This document shows, one piece after another, positions 28,736-42,129 of a DNA stretch of 64,000 nucleotides. Numbering within the stretch: the first letter of the stretch is position 1; every line of letters begins with the position of its first letter. Both the position numbers and the translations under genes were made by a program. The DNA comes from Sphaerodactylus townsendi (Eukaryota): assembly GCF_021028975.2 (NCBI RefSeq), contig NC_059429.1, forward strand, positions 47,430,001 to 47,494,000. Direction: 5' to 3'. Under the pieces are notes generated by a model. The model searched no databases. It saw nothing but the letters and a program-made list of their open reading frames with translations, and was not told the DNA's origin.

Positions 28736-28887
28736 NNNNNNNNNNNNNNNNNNNNNNNNNNNNNNNNNNNNNNNNNNNNNNNNNNNNNNNNNNNNNNNNN
28801 NNNNNNNNNNNNNNNNNNNNNNNNNNNNNNNNNNNNNNNNNNNNNNNNNNNNNNNNNNNNNNNNNNNNNNNNNNNNNNNNNNNNNNN
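28736..28887. other. Assembly gap (N run)
   Basis: Run of N. Confidence 1.
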
Positions 28888-30439
28888 TGGAAATAATCTG
28901 GTGATTCCTGGTCCAAGAAATTTCTGGCTTCAACCAGGGGTAGGGCTTTTTTAGCCTTGGCCCTGACCTGGTGGAACACTCTGTTGAGTGATATCTGAGC
29001 CCTGCAGCCCTAGGGTCACATGTCCCTGGGCACATGCCAGCTGGTCACTTGGGGGCGGGGGCGGAGATTTCCGCCCTCCACGCCCCTCCCCTCAAGCCTG
29101 CTCTGTCAGGCACCCCTTGGCCCCACCCCACCAGCCTGTTCCTAAATCATAATCTGATTTTTTTTTCACTGAAAACCTTTTCTTTATCATGCTTCTAAAC
29201 ATCCTCTGAATAATTTAATGTATTGGTTTCCTTAATGTGGCATGAACAATTTCTTTCTTTCTTTCTGAGCCCTCACCAAATCCAGTTTTTATTGTGACCT
29301 ATTCCAACCTTGTGACTTTCAGCCCCTTTATAAATAAACTTGTTATTGAAAAGCAGATAAGAATGTATCCTCAACCTGTGCAGTACTCCACAACAACATA
29401 TGCAAATGCAAACTTATACTTAGTAGCAGAATAGGCTCCCTTTCACCAAACTATGTCTGAAAAAGTCTTTCCTTGAAGAGGGCTATGTTTATTCTTTACA
29501 ATATGCTGTATTTTCTTTAATCAAGGTTTGAATAAATATCCTGGTTTGAGCTTGTTAATATTACAGCGTACGTTAGGAAATAAAAGTATTACAGTGTGCT
29601 GTTAGGCTTCCTGCCTTCTCTGCTTCCTTCCTTCCTTCCTTGAGCCATGTTTTGGCAGCCTTACTGCACTTGTGTATTTAAACTAGCAATAAGTTATTTT
29701 GAGTTTAATCTTGGCTTCCATTGATTGAAACCAAAAGGTTTACTGGAGTCACAGTGAAAAGTCTATTGAGCTTGCGGTTAAAGATTTACATAAGGTAGCA
29801 AAAGTTGCTCTCTAATGTCAAGTTTTAAAATATATATACATGCACAAATTCCAGTTTTTCTGCTTTCAGACAAAAAATCAGCTGGAATATATAGATAGGA
29901 AATATACATATCATGTGCTGTATTTAACACTGGCCTTTAACCTCTTTATTCTAAAGTATTAAGGATGTATTTTGCATTCTGCATTTTAAATGCAGCCCAG
30001 AAGATTTTGCATTAGTGTTATGGATGATCCTAAAGAGTTATTTGAGATGTGAGGATTGCCTTTCATTCTGCATGAGGCAGAATAAGCTAGGGTAGGATTT
30101 AAACTGACAGTACTGAAGCACTTCCCAAATGCTTGATGTCCACTATGTGCTTATTTGGAATCATGTTTTACTTTGGTGAATGGATATGGATTAGCTCAGT
30201 CATTTCTTGGAATGCATAGTAGGAACTTCATGACATTTCTGTAGTTTTGCTATTTCAATTCGATTGTTTTTCTGGCTCCTTTACCAATCATCTCAGTAGT
30301 CACTGAGTCTGGGAAGGGGTAGATTTTTTGCCTAATACGGAAATTTCATTGCACACTAGGTTCCATGTCCTGGTCTTGGCATTGTCCTGCATCTGTGACT
30401 CTCTGCTGTGGACTGTCCACTACCTCTTATACATTCTAC

Positions 30440-33400
30440 CTGGGTGAGAACTTCTTGGGAGTTCTCACCCAGGGTCACTCCCACTGCCCAAGCAACCCAA
30501 GCAGTTGCTTAGGGCACCACAGAGAATGAAGCCAAAGGCATGGCTTATGTCTGCTGTTATCGCCAAGCCTGTCTAGCTCCAAACATTGGCAGTACCTTGG
30601 AGACAGGGCTGCATGAGTGGGTATGAGAAGAAACCCAAGCCAGGACAAGGACAAGACCAATTAGAGGCAAATGGAAAAATAACAAAAGCCAGTTCAGACA
30701 GGGACAATATGGAAGAATGCTCACATTGAAAAAACTGACCAAGACAACAAATCTAAAAAGGCATGACTACCTTACCTTCAACCTGGAGAAGATTACAATC
30801 CCTGTGGTAGGCCAGCTAAGCCACTTCAAGGAGGCCTGGATTCTATCACAAGCCAATCAGTAGGCAATAGAAGTTGTATCCACAGGGTATACCATTGAAT
30901 TCACTCATCTTTCTCCAAAATACCTGGTAATCTCACCCCTGTCCCAAACTAGGACAAAAGATCCAGAGCCCTGACAGGGATTCTTCACTTGCTGGACATC
31001 TAGATGATCAAAGTGGTGCCAGACTGCAAAAAAGGCAAAGGATCTACTTTATATTCTTCACTGTGCCCAAGAAAAATGGGAATTGGAGGACCATTCTCAA
31101 TTTAAAATTCCTAAATCACTTTGTGAGGTTTTGTCACTTCCACATGGAGACTGTAAGATCCATCATGGAATGTCTTCATTTGTGCGAGTACTTGACCTCA
31201 ATAGATTTAACAGAGGCGTACCTCCAAATCCCCATCTTTCAAGTTTCTATGCTTCTGCATAAACCAATCCTACTATCAGTTCAAAAGCCTTACTGTTTGG
31301 ACTCTCCTCAGCCCTGAGGGACTTCTCCAAACAGTTAACCTTGTAGTGAAACTCAGGGAAGAGAATATCCATCTACACCAGTGTCTAAACGATCTTCTTA
31401 TAAGATCATTATCTCTTTAACAATTCAAGATGGGTGCCCAGAGAGGTCTGTATAGTCTTCAAGAACGCAGATTCCTGGTGAACATCAAGAAAAGCTCCCT
31501 GAGCCCATTTCAAAGATTGGAACACCTGAGGGTCATAATCAATACCAGGGTGAACTGGTTCATCATAAAACAAAAGGTCAAAAAGATCAAGGAACAATCA
31601 ATCCGGTGAAGATCATCCCTGTTCATGACTCTTATAATCACTTCTGGGTCTCTTGGTATCCAACGTAGATGTTATTTTTTGGAAGAGACTACATTGCAGA
31701 CCCCTCCAACAACTTAAGAGGAGGAAATCTCACAGAAACACAATTCCTCTATATTAGTTCCACATCCAGTAAAGCATAGCTTAACTTGTTGGGCCAAATC
31801 CTCAAATGTCTTGCAGGGCAAATCTTGCTGGATTCAGAATTCCATCAAAATGTTCATGGATGCCATTATCTCCAGCTGGGGAGTTGCGATGGAGGGGAAC
31901 CTGGTCCAGGCACACAGCCACCTATGCAACTTGCGCTGAGCAGGGACGTGCTACAACTGGACCTCATCTTGTACCTGAATTGGGGAAATTGAACTTAACC
32001 ATGTGGAGATTAAAAGGAGGGCTTTTTTCCAAGATGGTCTGAGTGAGGCAGTCATCACACTATTCTAGACTCTATACCCTGTTCCATATAAAGACCTCTA
32101 TAAAATTGTAACTTCATCTGCCATTTCCTCCTGCCCCCACTTGACCTGCTCCATGACCCCACTTGTTGTGTAGTCCAGACCAGTCCAGACCAGACTGTGA
32201 CAAGTGGGGGACATCAAGCATGTGGAGGGAAGAGGCAGCAGGAAATGGTAGATAAAGTTAGTTTTACTTAGGTCTTCATGTGGGATAGGGTATAGCAAGA
32301 AGTCCACTATTAGGATTTATAACGTAACATGGAAAGCTTATGTTCTGTGGCCAGAAGAAAAAAGTTGAATCCTCTCTTACCAGAGGTACCCACCATTCTG
32401 AATTTTTTTCAAGAAGGCTTGCAATCAGGTCTTTGATCCACCACTATTAGGAGACAAATAGCCGCAATTGCTGCAGTCATTCCATGAGTAGATGGTTGGC
32501 CAACATCTTAACATCCACATGTTCTTAAATTCTTTAGAGTCACCGCTTCCTCACTTGGAGATTGAATGTGATCATCATTGCCCAGTGAAATTCCTGAGAT
32601 TAGAAACTATATTTTAGTGGCAATAGCTTCAGCAGTGCAGGTCTCAGAACTCAGTGTACTATTGGCCCAACCAGACCTGTGTGTATTCCATAGGGTCAAA
32701 CTGATTCTTTGCACAGTTCTATTGTTTCATCCCAATGTTGATTTCAAGTTTCATAGACAGCAGGAGATATGTTTACTCTCTTTCTGCCCATGGCTCAAAC
32801 ATCCTAAAGAGGTGGTATGGCAAACCCTACATGTGAGGAGAGCCTTGAAAGTATACATGCTCAGGACACAATCTATCAGGAAAATTGATTCGATGTTCAT
32901 TGCCATCTCTCCACCAAACTTGGATAAGGGTATCTTAAGCAACACCATCAGCAGGTGTCTTAAGTCATGCATCCTGGAAGCCTGTAGGGCTCAGAATCTT
33001 GTCCTACCCACTAGAATTACAGCCCACTCAGTGTGCAGCACAGCTACCAATGTGGCCCTGAGCATGAATGCTTCGATTGAAGAAATCTGTAAAGCCACCC
33101 ATGGGCTTTGATATTGACCTTTATGAAGCATTATAAAATTGCGAGCTACAGCTCAGTGGATACAGCCATCAGCCAAAGAGTCCTACAACACATACATGAA
33201 GATACCCAATGATGACAGACCCACAATTGGGGACATTGCTCTGGGAGGTCACACGAGACATTCTCCGCTGAGAGGGAGAACTACTGTTAGAAACTTACTC
33301 TGAATAGTCCTCCTCTCAGCCTAGGAGGACATCTTGCCCCTCCCACATCATTGTTGGTACTTAAGTAATCTTATTCATTACTGTCTGTTATTGCCTGTTC

Positions 33401-33654
33401 TGTTAACTTCTCCTTCTGTTGTTGATGTTATTTTATGTTTGTCTAGTTCTCCAGCTTAGTGTAGTTATAATATTAAATTAATAATTTTAAAGACTGCTGT
33501 GTGGAGTTACCAAACTGAAGCTGGAAGGGTGGCCTCAATACAACTAGGAAGGAGAAAAAGATCATTTCCTGCCTTCCTGTTTGGACAATACAAAACACCC
33601 ACAAGATGTCCTCCTAGGCTCAGAGGAGAAGGACCATTCACAGTAAGTTTCCAA
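30440..33654 (+). mobile_element. Decayed DIRS1-type tyrosine-recombinase retrotransposon (5' end missing)
   Basis: RT N-terminus V.GQLSHFKEAW...V.TGYTIEF (~30804); VPKKNGNWRTILNLKFLN...METVRSI...SIDLTEAY.QIPI (31063-); YR C-terminus VRRALKVYM...ISRCLKSCI...TAHSVCSTA (32578-33111) then TFMKHY; 33286-33336 is complementary to 33602-33654 (ICR/ITR arrangement); left boundary approximate. Confidence 0.88.
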
Positions 33655-35024
33655 TGATTGTTTTCTTCAGTATTCATTCATTAGGAATTCAGAAAACTGC
33701 TCTTCTCAGTTTCTTATTATGTTAATGTTCCAAGCAGAAAACATTGTTTTCCAAAAGATGTAGGCTGCTGGAGATGGAGGTAAGAAGCCCTTGAAATGAC
33801 TGTGTTGGGTTAGGTAAATGTCCTCAGCTGATATTTTAAGATTTAATGATATCATTTTCCATTTTCTGTGATTTTTAAAATTAATTCATTTTCTTTTTTT
33901 TATTCAGCATCATGATGCATACTGGAAATAATAAAGGCCAAGAAAGAAAAAACGTACTTTTAGGTCACTTACAAAGTACTTCTTAATTCCATGGAAGCTT
34001 TTGTTTTGTGGCTTGCATCTCTTGATTGTATTTCAGTAGACATTTCTCCTATTCCCACATAACTCTCAAAACATATTAATTTCTGTCTGTTACCAGTAAC
34101 ACTATTTTCTTCATGCAGCTGGGAAAAGTCAGGCTACATATCTGTTGTAGGGAGTGAAACCTGGTTGAACTGTTTTTAAAAAGTCTAATTTTTTCTCCCT
34201 CTACCCCAAACAGGAACAGATCAAGAACCACTAAAGTTCATATTGAAAACTGAAATTTGTTGAAAGGTTTGCAAAGGAATAGCTCCTTGGAAGCAGATTT
34301 ATTTGATGAATGTTTGGTAGCATCCAGTCCCAGGAAATGTACATCAGATTGGTGTAAAATGTAAGCTAGTAGGGAACAGTCAGCTTCTTTAAAGCTCTAA
34401 TTTACATGCAAGGAAAGGTTGACATTTGGCATCTTGATGTAGTACACACAATTAAGAAATGTAGGTCATTGAATTTCATTAGCAGAATATATGTGACTGG
34501 AAAATGTTATAATTGTCCTTCACTATGTGAATTCCTTAACCAAAAAGCAGCATCTAACTGATCCAGAGATATGTATGGGGGTGGAGATTAACAAAACTTT
34601 CGTTTTCAATCTTTTGTAATTCTCTACTATCAGCATTTCCTGTTTTATTGAGTTCAGGAGCCTTGAATATGATGCCCCTCTCTAGTTTTTTGTTTTGTTT
34701 TTGTTGGTTTTTTTCTTTTTTTCTTTTTACACATGGCAATTCGTATGTTGATGGTGTTAGGGTCATGCTTACCCCAAATAGGTTGAATGGGAAAATGAAA
34801 TGAGCATGTAGGATGAAATTGACAAAATGTTGTTTTTATAGTTTCTCTTTGGTGCTTTTGTTGCTGTACAGACAAAACCAAATGCTTCATAAATTGAAGT
34901 TTTTTTGTTTTGTTTTGCCATTGGTGTCATTCTTAATTGAATCTCCAAGGTTGGGGTGGGGTTGTTTTTTTATTTCTGTGACTGACTTCGGGGTTTTCAG
35001 TCCTACACGCAGGATTGTGTTTTT

Positions 35025-35131
35025 GTGTAAAGTGCTGTCAAATTGCAGCCCACTTATAGTGACCCCATTAAGGGGCTTTCAGGTCAATTGATTAAGCAGA
35101 GGCAATTTGCCATTTCCTTCCTCTGCAGAGT
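35025..35131 (-). mobile_element. Sauria-SINE/BovB-tail-like fragment
   Basis: gtaaagtgctgtcaa...atagtgacccc...gcagagg...tttgccatttccttcctctgcag recalled as a squamate SINE 3' part. Confidence 0.45.
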
Positions 35132-37043
35132 ACACACTGGATTAATACAGGATATTTTTTAGTTCAGGCAAATATTTCTGTTTTGGCTATTACATGTGTG
35201 TGCTAAATTCCTTCAGAAAATTATGCATTTTCCTGCAATTCAAGGTATGATGCAGTAAATCATTCAGGAGGTTGTCAGGATTATCTTAGATCCAAGCAAG
35301 ATGATTCACTAAATGCATGGTTGTTGCTAAGAATGGCAAGCATATATTTATTTCATTGATTGATTAAATTGAAACTTTTGACTAAAGCCATTTGTGCTTT
35401 TAGTTATTTCTGTATAGTAGCTTGTTAACTTTTGGTGCTTAATAAAAAGTATAATTATCATCATAATCATTAAAAGGGGATACTTAATAGCACTTCCTAC
35501 CTAAGAGGTATTTCAGCTAGTTTTAGTGCAATCCTATGCAGAGTTAAGGCAATTGATTTCTCCAAGTGTGTAGGATTGCACTGTTTAAAACTGAGCAGCT
35601 AGCATTCTTTGAAATGGAATAAATGTTCCAAACACCTTGTGTCAAAATTTAAACAAGCAAGACAGAAACAGTATTACTGTACAAAGTGAAATCTGACATC
35701 TCGGTGTTAGGGGAAGAAATGTTCCTGTATGGCTTTATTGTTATCAGCATCTTAAAGCAGGTTTATTAGCAATTTAATGGAATATTGGATATTCAGGAAC
35801 AACAATGGCTCCAGTTGAAATGTCCATTATGCTCTCTCTTTCCCATACACTCTGGAATGAGTAGAATGTGACAGCTGAGCTTTCAGCGAGCTTCATGAAT
35901 TTTAAATACTTTTCATTGCAAAAAAAGAGAAGAGGTACATAGCGTATGGTCAATGGTGGACTTGGAGCTAGCAGGCACTCTTGGTATTATGGGATATTAG
36001 GTGTCTCAGAGATAATGAATGCTTGGCTTATGCAGGTGCATTCTTGGCCCACCGTGCATGTCCGGGCAGAATAGACTGTGCCTCTCTGTGTCCAGCATCT
36101 AACAATTGGCTATTTTATAGTTGTGAGCACAGAAGTATTTATAATGCAGTTCTTTCAGCATACTTGTATAAGATTTAAATTCTCTACCATCATCTCTATC
36201 CAACAAAATCTTTACTGGTATTTTGTAGCAAGCTAACAAATGCCAGCAAAAGTTTTCCATAGCTTTACAACCTATTTCCATGTCTCATCTTAGCGTTCTT
36301 TGGCAAGATTTTGCATTCTGAGGAAATCTCCCTCTTCATCAACCAGCACGTTTAGGAATTTTTTAAAAAATTACAAGCATACAACTAACGTATGCATTTT
36401 AACCCATTATTTTAATATGCACAATTAATGATAACATACATATAACCAAGATAATTTTTTTAAAATCAAAAGCTATTTTTAAATTCATATCTCTTGTGTC
36501 AAGTGCTTTATAAATTGGAGGAGTTTCAAAACTAATTTGTGAAGAGTGGGGAAATCTGCTGAAATTGAACCTGATAGAAAGTGCATCTTTGCTTTCATAC
36601 TTATTATCTGGTTAAAGGAAGAATATGTGGTCATTGCTTAGCCCCTGGGAGATTCAGCATGGGGTACTGGTTACAGTGTTGGGTTACAGTCTGGGAAACA
36701 AAGGTTCAAATACCCACTCTGCCATGGATGCTTGCTGCGTGACCCTCTCAACCTAACCTACTTCACAGGGTTGTTGTAATAGTTAAATTGAGAAAGGGGA
36801 GAATGTAATAAGTCACTTTGGATCTCCATTTGGGAGAAAAGTGTGGTATACATGAAGAAAATTATAATAATGGGTGATGTTTGTATACAGAGAGGTAAAC
36901 ATGCATTTGTACTGTCAGGTAAGCTTTCCATTCCTAACAAGACTAAGGTAAGCTTTCTGTTGCTAATAAGACAGAGATACAAGTTTGGATAATAACTTCA
37001 GATAGTTATATTAGTTTGTAGCAGCAACAACTGGAGTCTATTA

Positions 37044-37181
37044 CAGTGGTGGGATTTAAATAATTTAACAATCGGTTCCGAAAGGATTCAGTGGTGGGAT
37101 TACCATCAGTTCTCCGAACTAGACAAAAAAATAGCTATTGGTTCTACCAAACTGGTGTGAATAGGCTAAATCCCACCACTG
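37044..37181. mobile_element. hAT-like MITE (CAGTGGTGGGAT termini)
   Basis: TIR CAGTGGTGGGATTTA / TAAATCCCACCACTG; 6/8 TSD GTCTATTA vs GTCTGTTG. Confidence 0.65.
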
Positions 37182-38384
37182 GTCTGTTGGCACCTTAGAG
37201 AGTTACAACTTATCCTGGAAAAAATGTTACTCTGTAAGGGACACTGGACTCCTGTTTTACTGTTTGGATATGTACATCTTGATTGTAGAGGTCAGCACTG
37301 TAACCCACATAATTTCTCTAACAGCCGTTTTGACCAAGAATACTAAAGAAGTCCATCAGAACAAGCATAATTGTCAAAAGTCATGACTAGAGACCACAAA
37401 ACTTAATACTGAAAAGACATGTGTTATTCCGCCCTGTTTATGTGCTCCGGTAATCATCTGATATATTTGTTCAGAGGGAATTCTAATATGCTTGCTTACG
37501 TTACTATTTGTTTCTATAGAAGAGGAGGCTTTGGGGGGGGGGGTAAATTTACATACTTGCCCCTAACAGTTACACAGCAGCAAGTTCTGAATATTCATGA
37601 AGGGAGAAATTCATCCCCCACTGAATGACATTTTAGCTCTAGTGTGGCTTTAAACTACATATAGCTGTAGTCCTGGCCGTCTTCAAGAGTGCACACAAAG
37701 GCAAACAGAACTGTAGCATCTTGGTATGGATCCATATTTTCACAAAGACATTTATTCAACATTTCAGCTTCAGGCCTGTTTTGTGAGATGCTATTTGCTC
37801 TGGATAGATAAGAAAACAAAGTATCCATTTCTCTGTCTCTTTCCCCTCCTTCCTTCAGCTCATAAATCTGTCATTCTTATTCTAATTTCAAAAACATTTG
37901 TTTTCTTGCCAGAGCTGAGACAACTTAGTGCCGATAAATAACTTTTTAAGCAATTGCTTTAATTTAAAGCACATTGGTATGAATATGGATGGCTATTTTG
38001 CATATAGCCACAGTGATAATTGATGAGCTATATCTTCGGTGCTAATGAGTTCCATTTTTAAAGTTCAGGGGCTGAGGAAACTAGATTTTTATAAATGCAA
38101 TCAAACATATTTAATGTCCTTTTCCTTCAAACGTGGCTCAGCTGGCTTAAACCCAGTGTCTTTCAAACAGATTTATTATGGATTAGATACATTCCATCTC
38201 ACAACAGGAATGTGCTTATTAGGGGGAAAAATCACTGCACAATACAATGAAGGCTTAAAAACTCAGCCACTTGATATATTAGTGGTTACAAGTTATTATA
38301 AACGTCTTGTATGTTCTCAGACCTAAATTTGAGGGAGGGAATATTTAGGGAGGGAACTAGAATTCTTGATGAAGATGACTTGTA

Positions 38385-38576
38385 CAGTGGTGGGATCCAA
38401 AAATTTTAATAACAGGTTCCGATGGTGGTGGGATTCAAACAGTGGCGCTGCCACACACACGCACCTCCAGTCCCTATTGGGCAGGGAGGTTGCTTTAGTA
38501 ACCCCTTCTCAGCACTCAGAAAAAATTAGTAACCACTTCTAGAGAAGTGGTGAGAACTGGTTGGATCCCACCTCTG
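38385..38576. mobile_element. hAT-like MITE
   Basis: TIR CAGTGGTGGGATCCAA / TTGGATCCCACCTCTG; flanks CTTGTA(CA); near-identical to 52708-52899. Confidence 0.82.
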
Positions 38577-39349
38577 CTTGTACATAAAAACGTACCACTA
38601 TAAGTGTGGCAGAGGCAATTTATGTGTTTTTGTAAACTGATATATATAGGCCTTTAACAAACAATATCAGTCCTTTAACAAACAAAAAACTTAATGAAGG
38701 CCTATAAAGAGCCCCTGTTGATTAGAACCTCTCTCTTTCTGCAGCCTTCAACCGGAGCAGGTTTGCAGTTTTCTTTAAATAGTTCGTTGGGTCATTTTTT
38801 GGAAGTGAAAGGATTAGCAAGGTAGTGAAATAAATGTATGCACATTAAGGCTTTTAAAAACGGGACATAACACAATGCCAGCAAAAGGAAAAGCTGATAC
38901 TTTTGCTCCTGAGTGCTTACGATGCAGTGTAAAGTTCATCATATGGAAGTAAGCATTGAATCCCTTGATAACTGGTTAAATCAGCATATTTTGTGCTGTA
39001 TTTGCTTTGTGTGGCATTTTGCAGATTAGAAAGCTTTTGGCTGTCTAACCCTCCCCCTTAACCTTATTCAGCCATTTCCTGAGAAAAATAAATTGTGAAG
39101 AAGATCAAGGAGCATTTATAGACCAATAGTTGAAGCCTGAGCAGAGTCACCCTTCTGAGTCCATTTAAATCATTTCAGGAAAACACATACCTTGTGGAAA
39201 ATGTAGAAAGAAAATGAAAGTAAAATTCTGATCTGAAATGTAACAGTTAGTTTTTGTACAAAACTATCTGACAGATTGTTTCTGTGAGTCTACCATATTG
39301 TCAATAACCACCACCCCAAAGTAGCCCACTTTAATTCAATATACTAAAG

Positions 39350-39741
39350 CAGGGGTCCCCAAACTTTTTTAACAGGGGGCCAGTTCACGCATGGCCAGAG
39401 CCCAGCTGGGGGCCGGACCAAGTGCCGCCCGCGGGGGGGGGGCGCCATCCATCCATGCCTCGGCCCGCCCCTGACCGAGCCCCCCACCCCTCACGTGGTC
39501 CCCTTCCAATCCGGCCCTGAAGCTCTGCCACCTTTCTTTCTCCCCCCTTTGCCGTGATTGGTGTGACGGTCCCCTTCGGCCGCTTTGGAATGAGCAGCCG
39601 AGTGTAGCCTCATTTTAATGCTGTTTGTAAACCTGGGGAAAAGGAGATAGAGAAGGGGGAGATCCGCTTCTGCCCAGCGGGCCGGATAAATGTCTTCCGG
39701 GGGCCTTATTTGGCCCCCAGGCCGTAGTTTGGGGACCCCTG
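39350..39741. mobile_element. hAT-Charlie-like non-autonomous element
   Basis: TIR CAGGGGTCCCCAAACT; perfect TSD TACTAAAG (39342-39349, 39742-39749). Confidence 0.9.
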
Positions 39742-39854
39742 TACTAAAGCATTTTAGTTTAACATGCTACACCAACATCTTAAACAGCGTAATAATTTTT
39801 AAAAAGGTCCGGATGGCCCGATTTTGACATCTGGATGTTAAGACAAAATGTTTA

Positions 39855-40941
39855 ATTATTATTGTTGTTGTTGTTGTTGTAGATTTCACAGCTGCCAGAT
39901 CTTTAGCTGGTTGTTGGCCTTCATTACAATTTGAGCCTCACCCAGAGGCCTAGGAAGTTGTAATGTATCGGCGTAGTATTCGTGTGGATCCCAGCAGGGC
40001 TGCCTTCTGAATTTGACAGATGTTATTTTGTCAATTCGAAGATGTTTCAAGTGCTGCCCTAGTGTTTTTGGGATGGCGCCCAGCGTGCTGATTACCACTG
40101 GGACGACCTCAACTGGTTTGTGCAATAGACGCTGAAGCTCGATTTTCAAATCACGGTATCTAGTGACCTTCTCGTGTTCTTTTTCAATGACCCTGCTGTC
40201 ACCGGGGACTGCTATGTTGATGATGCTCACTTTCTTGTCCTCGATCACGGTGATGTCTGGTGTATTGTGTTTCAACACTTTGTCTGTTTGGATTCGAAAG
40301 TCCCACAGGATCTTGACCTTCTCATTTCCATTACTTTCTCTGGACAATGTTCCCACCAGTTCTTAGCTGTTCTTATGTTTTAGTTCTTCCATTAATTCCA
40401 GTGGCGCATCTTGGCCACTGAGTAAGTGTCTCTGTTTGTACTCAGCCTGGGCAATCTTTGCAGCTTGGCTGAGGACATGATCTACAGTTTCATCAGCTTG
40501 CTTGCACAATCTGCATTTTGCATCATCTGAGGATTTTTTCTCGATTTTGGCCTTGATCCGAATTTGTTCTTGATGGCAAGCTTGCTCTTTGCTACAAAAT
40601 CAGGGATTCAGTTTCCTTTTTCAGAGTTCCAATTGTTAACCACAGCCAGGTCTTTTCAAGATTTATCCACCTTTGTCTTTGATTTTCTCCAGAAATTGGC
40701 CGTGCAGTGCTTTGTTGTGCCAGCTTTCAGTCCTCATTTTAATCACATTTTTTCTGTATTCTTGTTTGGTTTTCTGGGTTTGCAGCAAATGTCTGTTCTT
40801 CACATCAATGCCTGTTCTTGACTTTCCTTCACATAATCGGCCAGTGCATGCTTCTCTTCTTCCACTGTTTGCTGTACTTGCGGTAAGCCCCTGCCTTCAG
40901 ATCTCTGGGGAAGGTATAATCTATCAGTATCACTGCGTGGG
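39855..40941 (-). mobile_element. Dong/R4-clade LINE 3' part (CCHC knuckle plus restriction-like endonuclease), copy 1
   Basis: CRLCKQADETVDHVLS at ~40470-40520; WDFRIQTDKVLKHNTPDI...IAVPGD...EK...Y.DL...VVPVVISTLG (ORF 39886-40356); (AAC/AAT)n tail; runs into the gap. Confidence 0.85.
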
Positions 40942-41128
40942 NNNNNNNNNNNNNNNNNNNNNNNNNNNNNNNNNNNNNNNNNNNNNNNNNNNNNNNNNNN
41001 NNNNNNNNNNNNNNNNNNNNNNNNNNNNNNNNNNNNNNNNNNNNNNNNNNNNNNNNNNNNNNNNNNNNNNNNNNNNNNNNNNNNNNNNNNNNNNNNNNNN
41101 NNNNNNNNNNNNNNNNNNNNNNNNNNNN
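40942..41128. other. Assembly gap (N run)
   Basis: Run of N. Confidence 1.
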
Positions 41129-41537
41129 CCAGATCTTTAGCTGGTTGTTGGCCTTCATTACAATTCAAGCCTCACCCAGAGGCATAGGAAGTTGTAATGC
41201 ATCGGCCTAGTACAGTGGTGGCAAACCTTTGGCACTCCAGATGTTATGGACTATAATTCCCATCAGCCCCTGCCAGCATGGACAATTGGCCATGCTGGCA
41301 GGGGCTGATGGGAATTGTAGTCCATAACATCTGGAGTGCCAAAGGTTCTCCACCACGGGCCTAGTATTCGTGCGGATCCCAGCAGGGCTGCCTTCTGAAT
41401 TTGACAGATGTTAATTTTGTCAATTCGAAGATGTTTCAAGTGCTGCCCTAGTGTTTTTGGGATGGCGCCCAGCGTGCCGATTACCACTGGGACGACCTCA
41501 GCTGGTTTGTGCCATAGACGGTGAAGCTCGATTTTCA
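41129..41537 (-). mobile_element. Dong/R4-clade LINE 3' fragment, copy 2 (MITE-interrupted)
   Basis: Repeats 39894-40150 with substitutions; LKIELHRLWHKPAEVVPVVIGTLGAIPK; abuts (AAT)n. Confidence 0.85.
41213..41358. mobile_element. Palindromic hAT-Charlie-like MITE
   Basis: Perfect TSD GCCTAGTA (41205-41212, 41359-41366); hairpin arms. Confidence 0.9.
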
Positions 41538-41604
41538 AATAATAGTAATAGTAGTAATAATAATAATAACAACAATAACAATAATAATTATCATCATCAT
41601 CATC
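41538..41604. repeat. Compound trinucleotide microsatellite (AAT/AGT/AAC/ATC)n
   Basis: Seen directly; adjoins a reversed L2-type 3' end (41605-41660). Confidence 0.9.
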
Positions 41605-41826
41605 ATTTATTAAACTTGTATACTGCCCTTCCCCAGAGGGCTCAGGGCAGTTCACAACACAAATATACAAATACAATTAAATATATAAATAAACTCCCTA
41701 CAACTTAGTACCAATCCCCGTTAAAATACAGCGCTCAATTTACAACATTATATTACATTACAAAATAGTGATGCCTCCTCACTTCTAATTTCTGGCCTGA
41801 ATTCTGCTAAAGCAATAATAATATTA

Positions 41827-42129
41827 AGAAGAGGAAGAAGAGTTTGGATTTATATCCCTCCTTTCTCTCCTGCAGGAGACTCAAAGGGGCTTACAATCTT
41901 CTTTCCCTTCCCCCCTCACAACAAACACCCTGTGAGGTAGGTGGGGCTGAGAGAGCTCCGAGAAGCTGTGACTAGCCCAAGGTCACCCAGCCGGCATGTG
42001 TGGGAGTGTACAGGTTAATCTGAATTCCCCAGATAAGCCTCCACAGCTCAGGCGGCAGAGCTGGGAATCAAACCCGGTTCTTCCAGATTAGATACATGAG
42101 CTCTTAACCTCCTACGCCACTGCTGCTCC
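41827..42129 (-). mobile_element. Full-length tRNA-derived SINE (squamate, possibly Squam3-like)
   Basis: On the minus strand: GGAGCAGCAG-TGGCGTAGGAGG (A box)...GGTTTGATTCCC (B box)...(TCT)n tail. Confidence 0.85.

Noticed and set aside
28683-29035. ORFs spanning the N gaps (also 40673-41168)
   Set aside because: Artefacts of translating through N
32578-33111. Tyrosine recombinase as a phage integrase or horizontally acquired gene
   Set aside because: Collinear with DIRS RT and ICR/ITR; catalytic motif mutated; flanking frameshifts
42040-42129. tRNA gene
   Set aside because: A/B boxes continue into a SINE body and tail found elsewhere in the window
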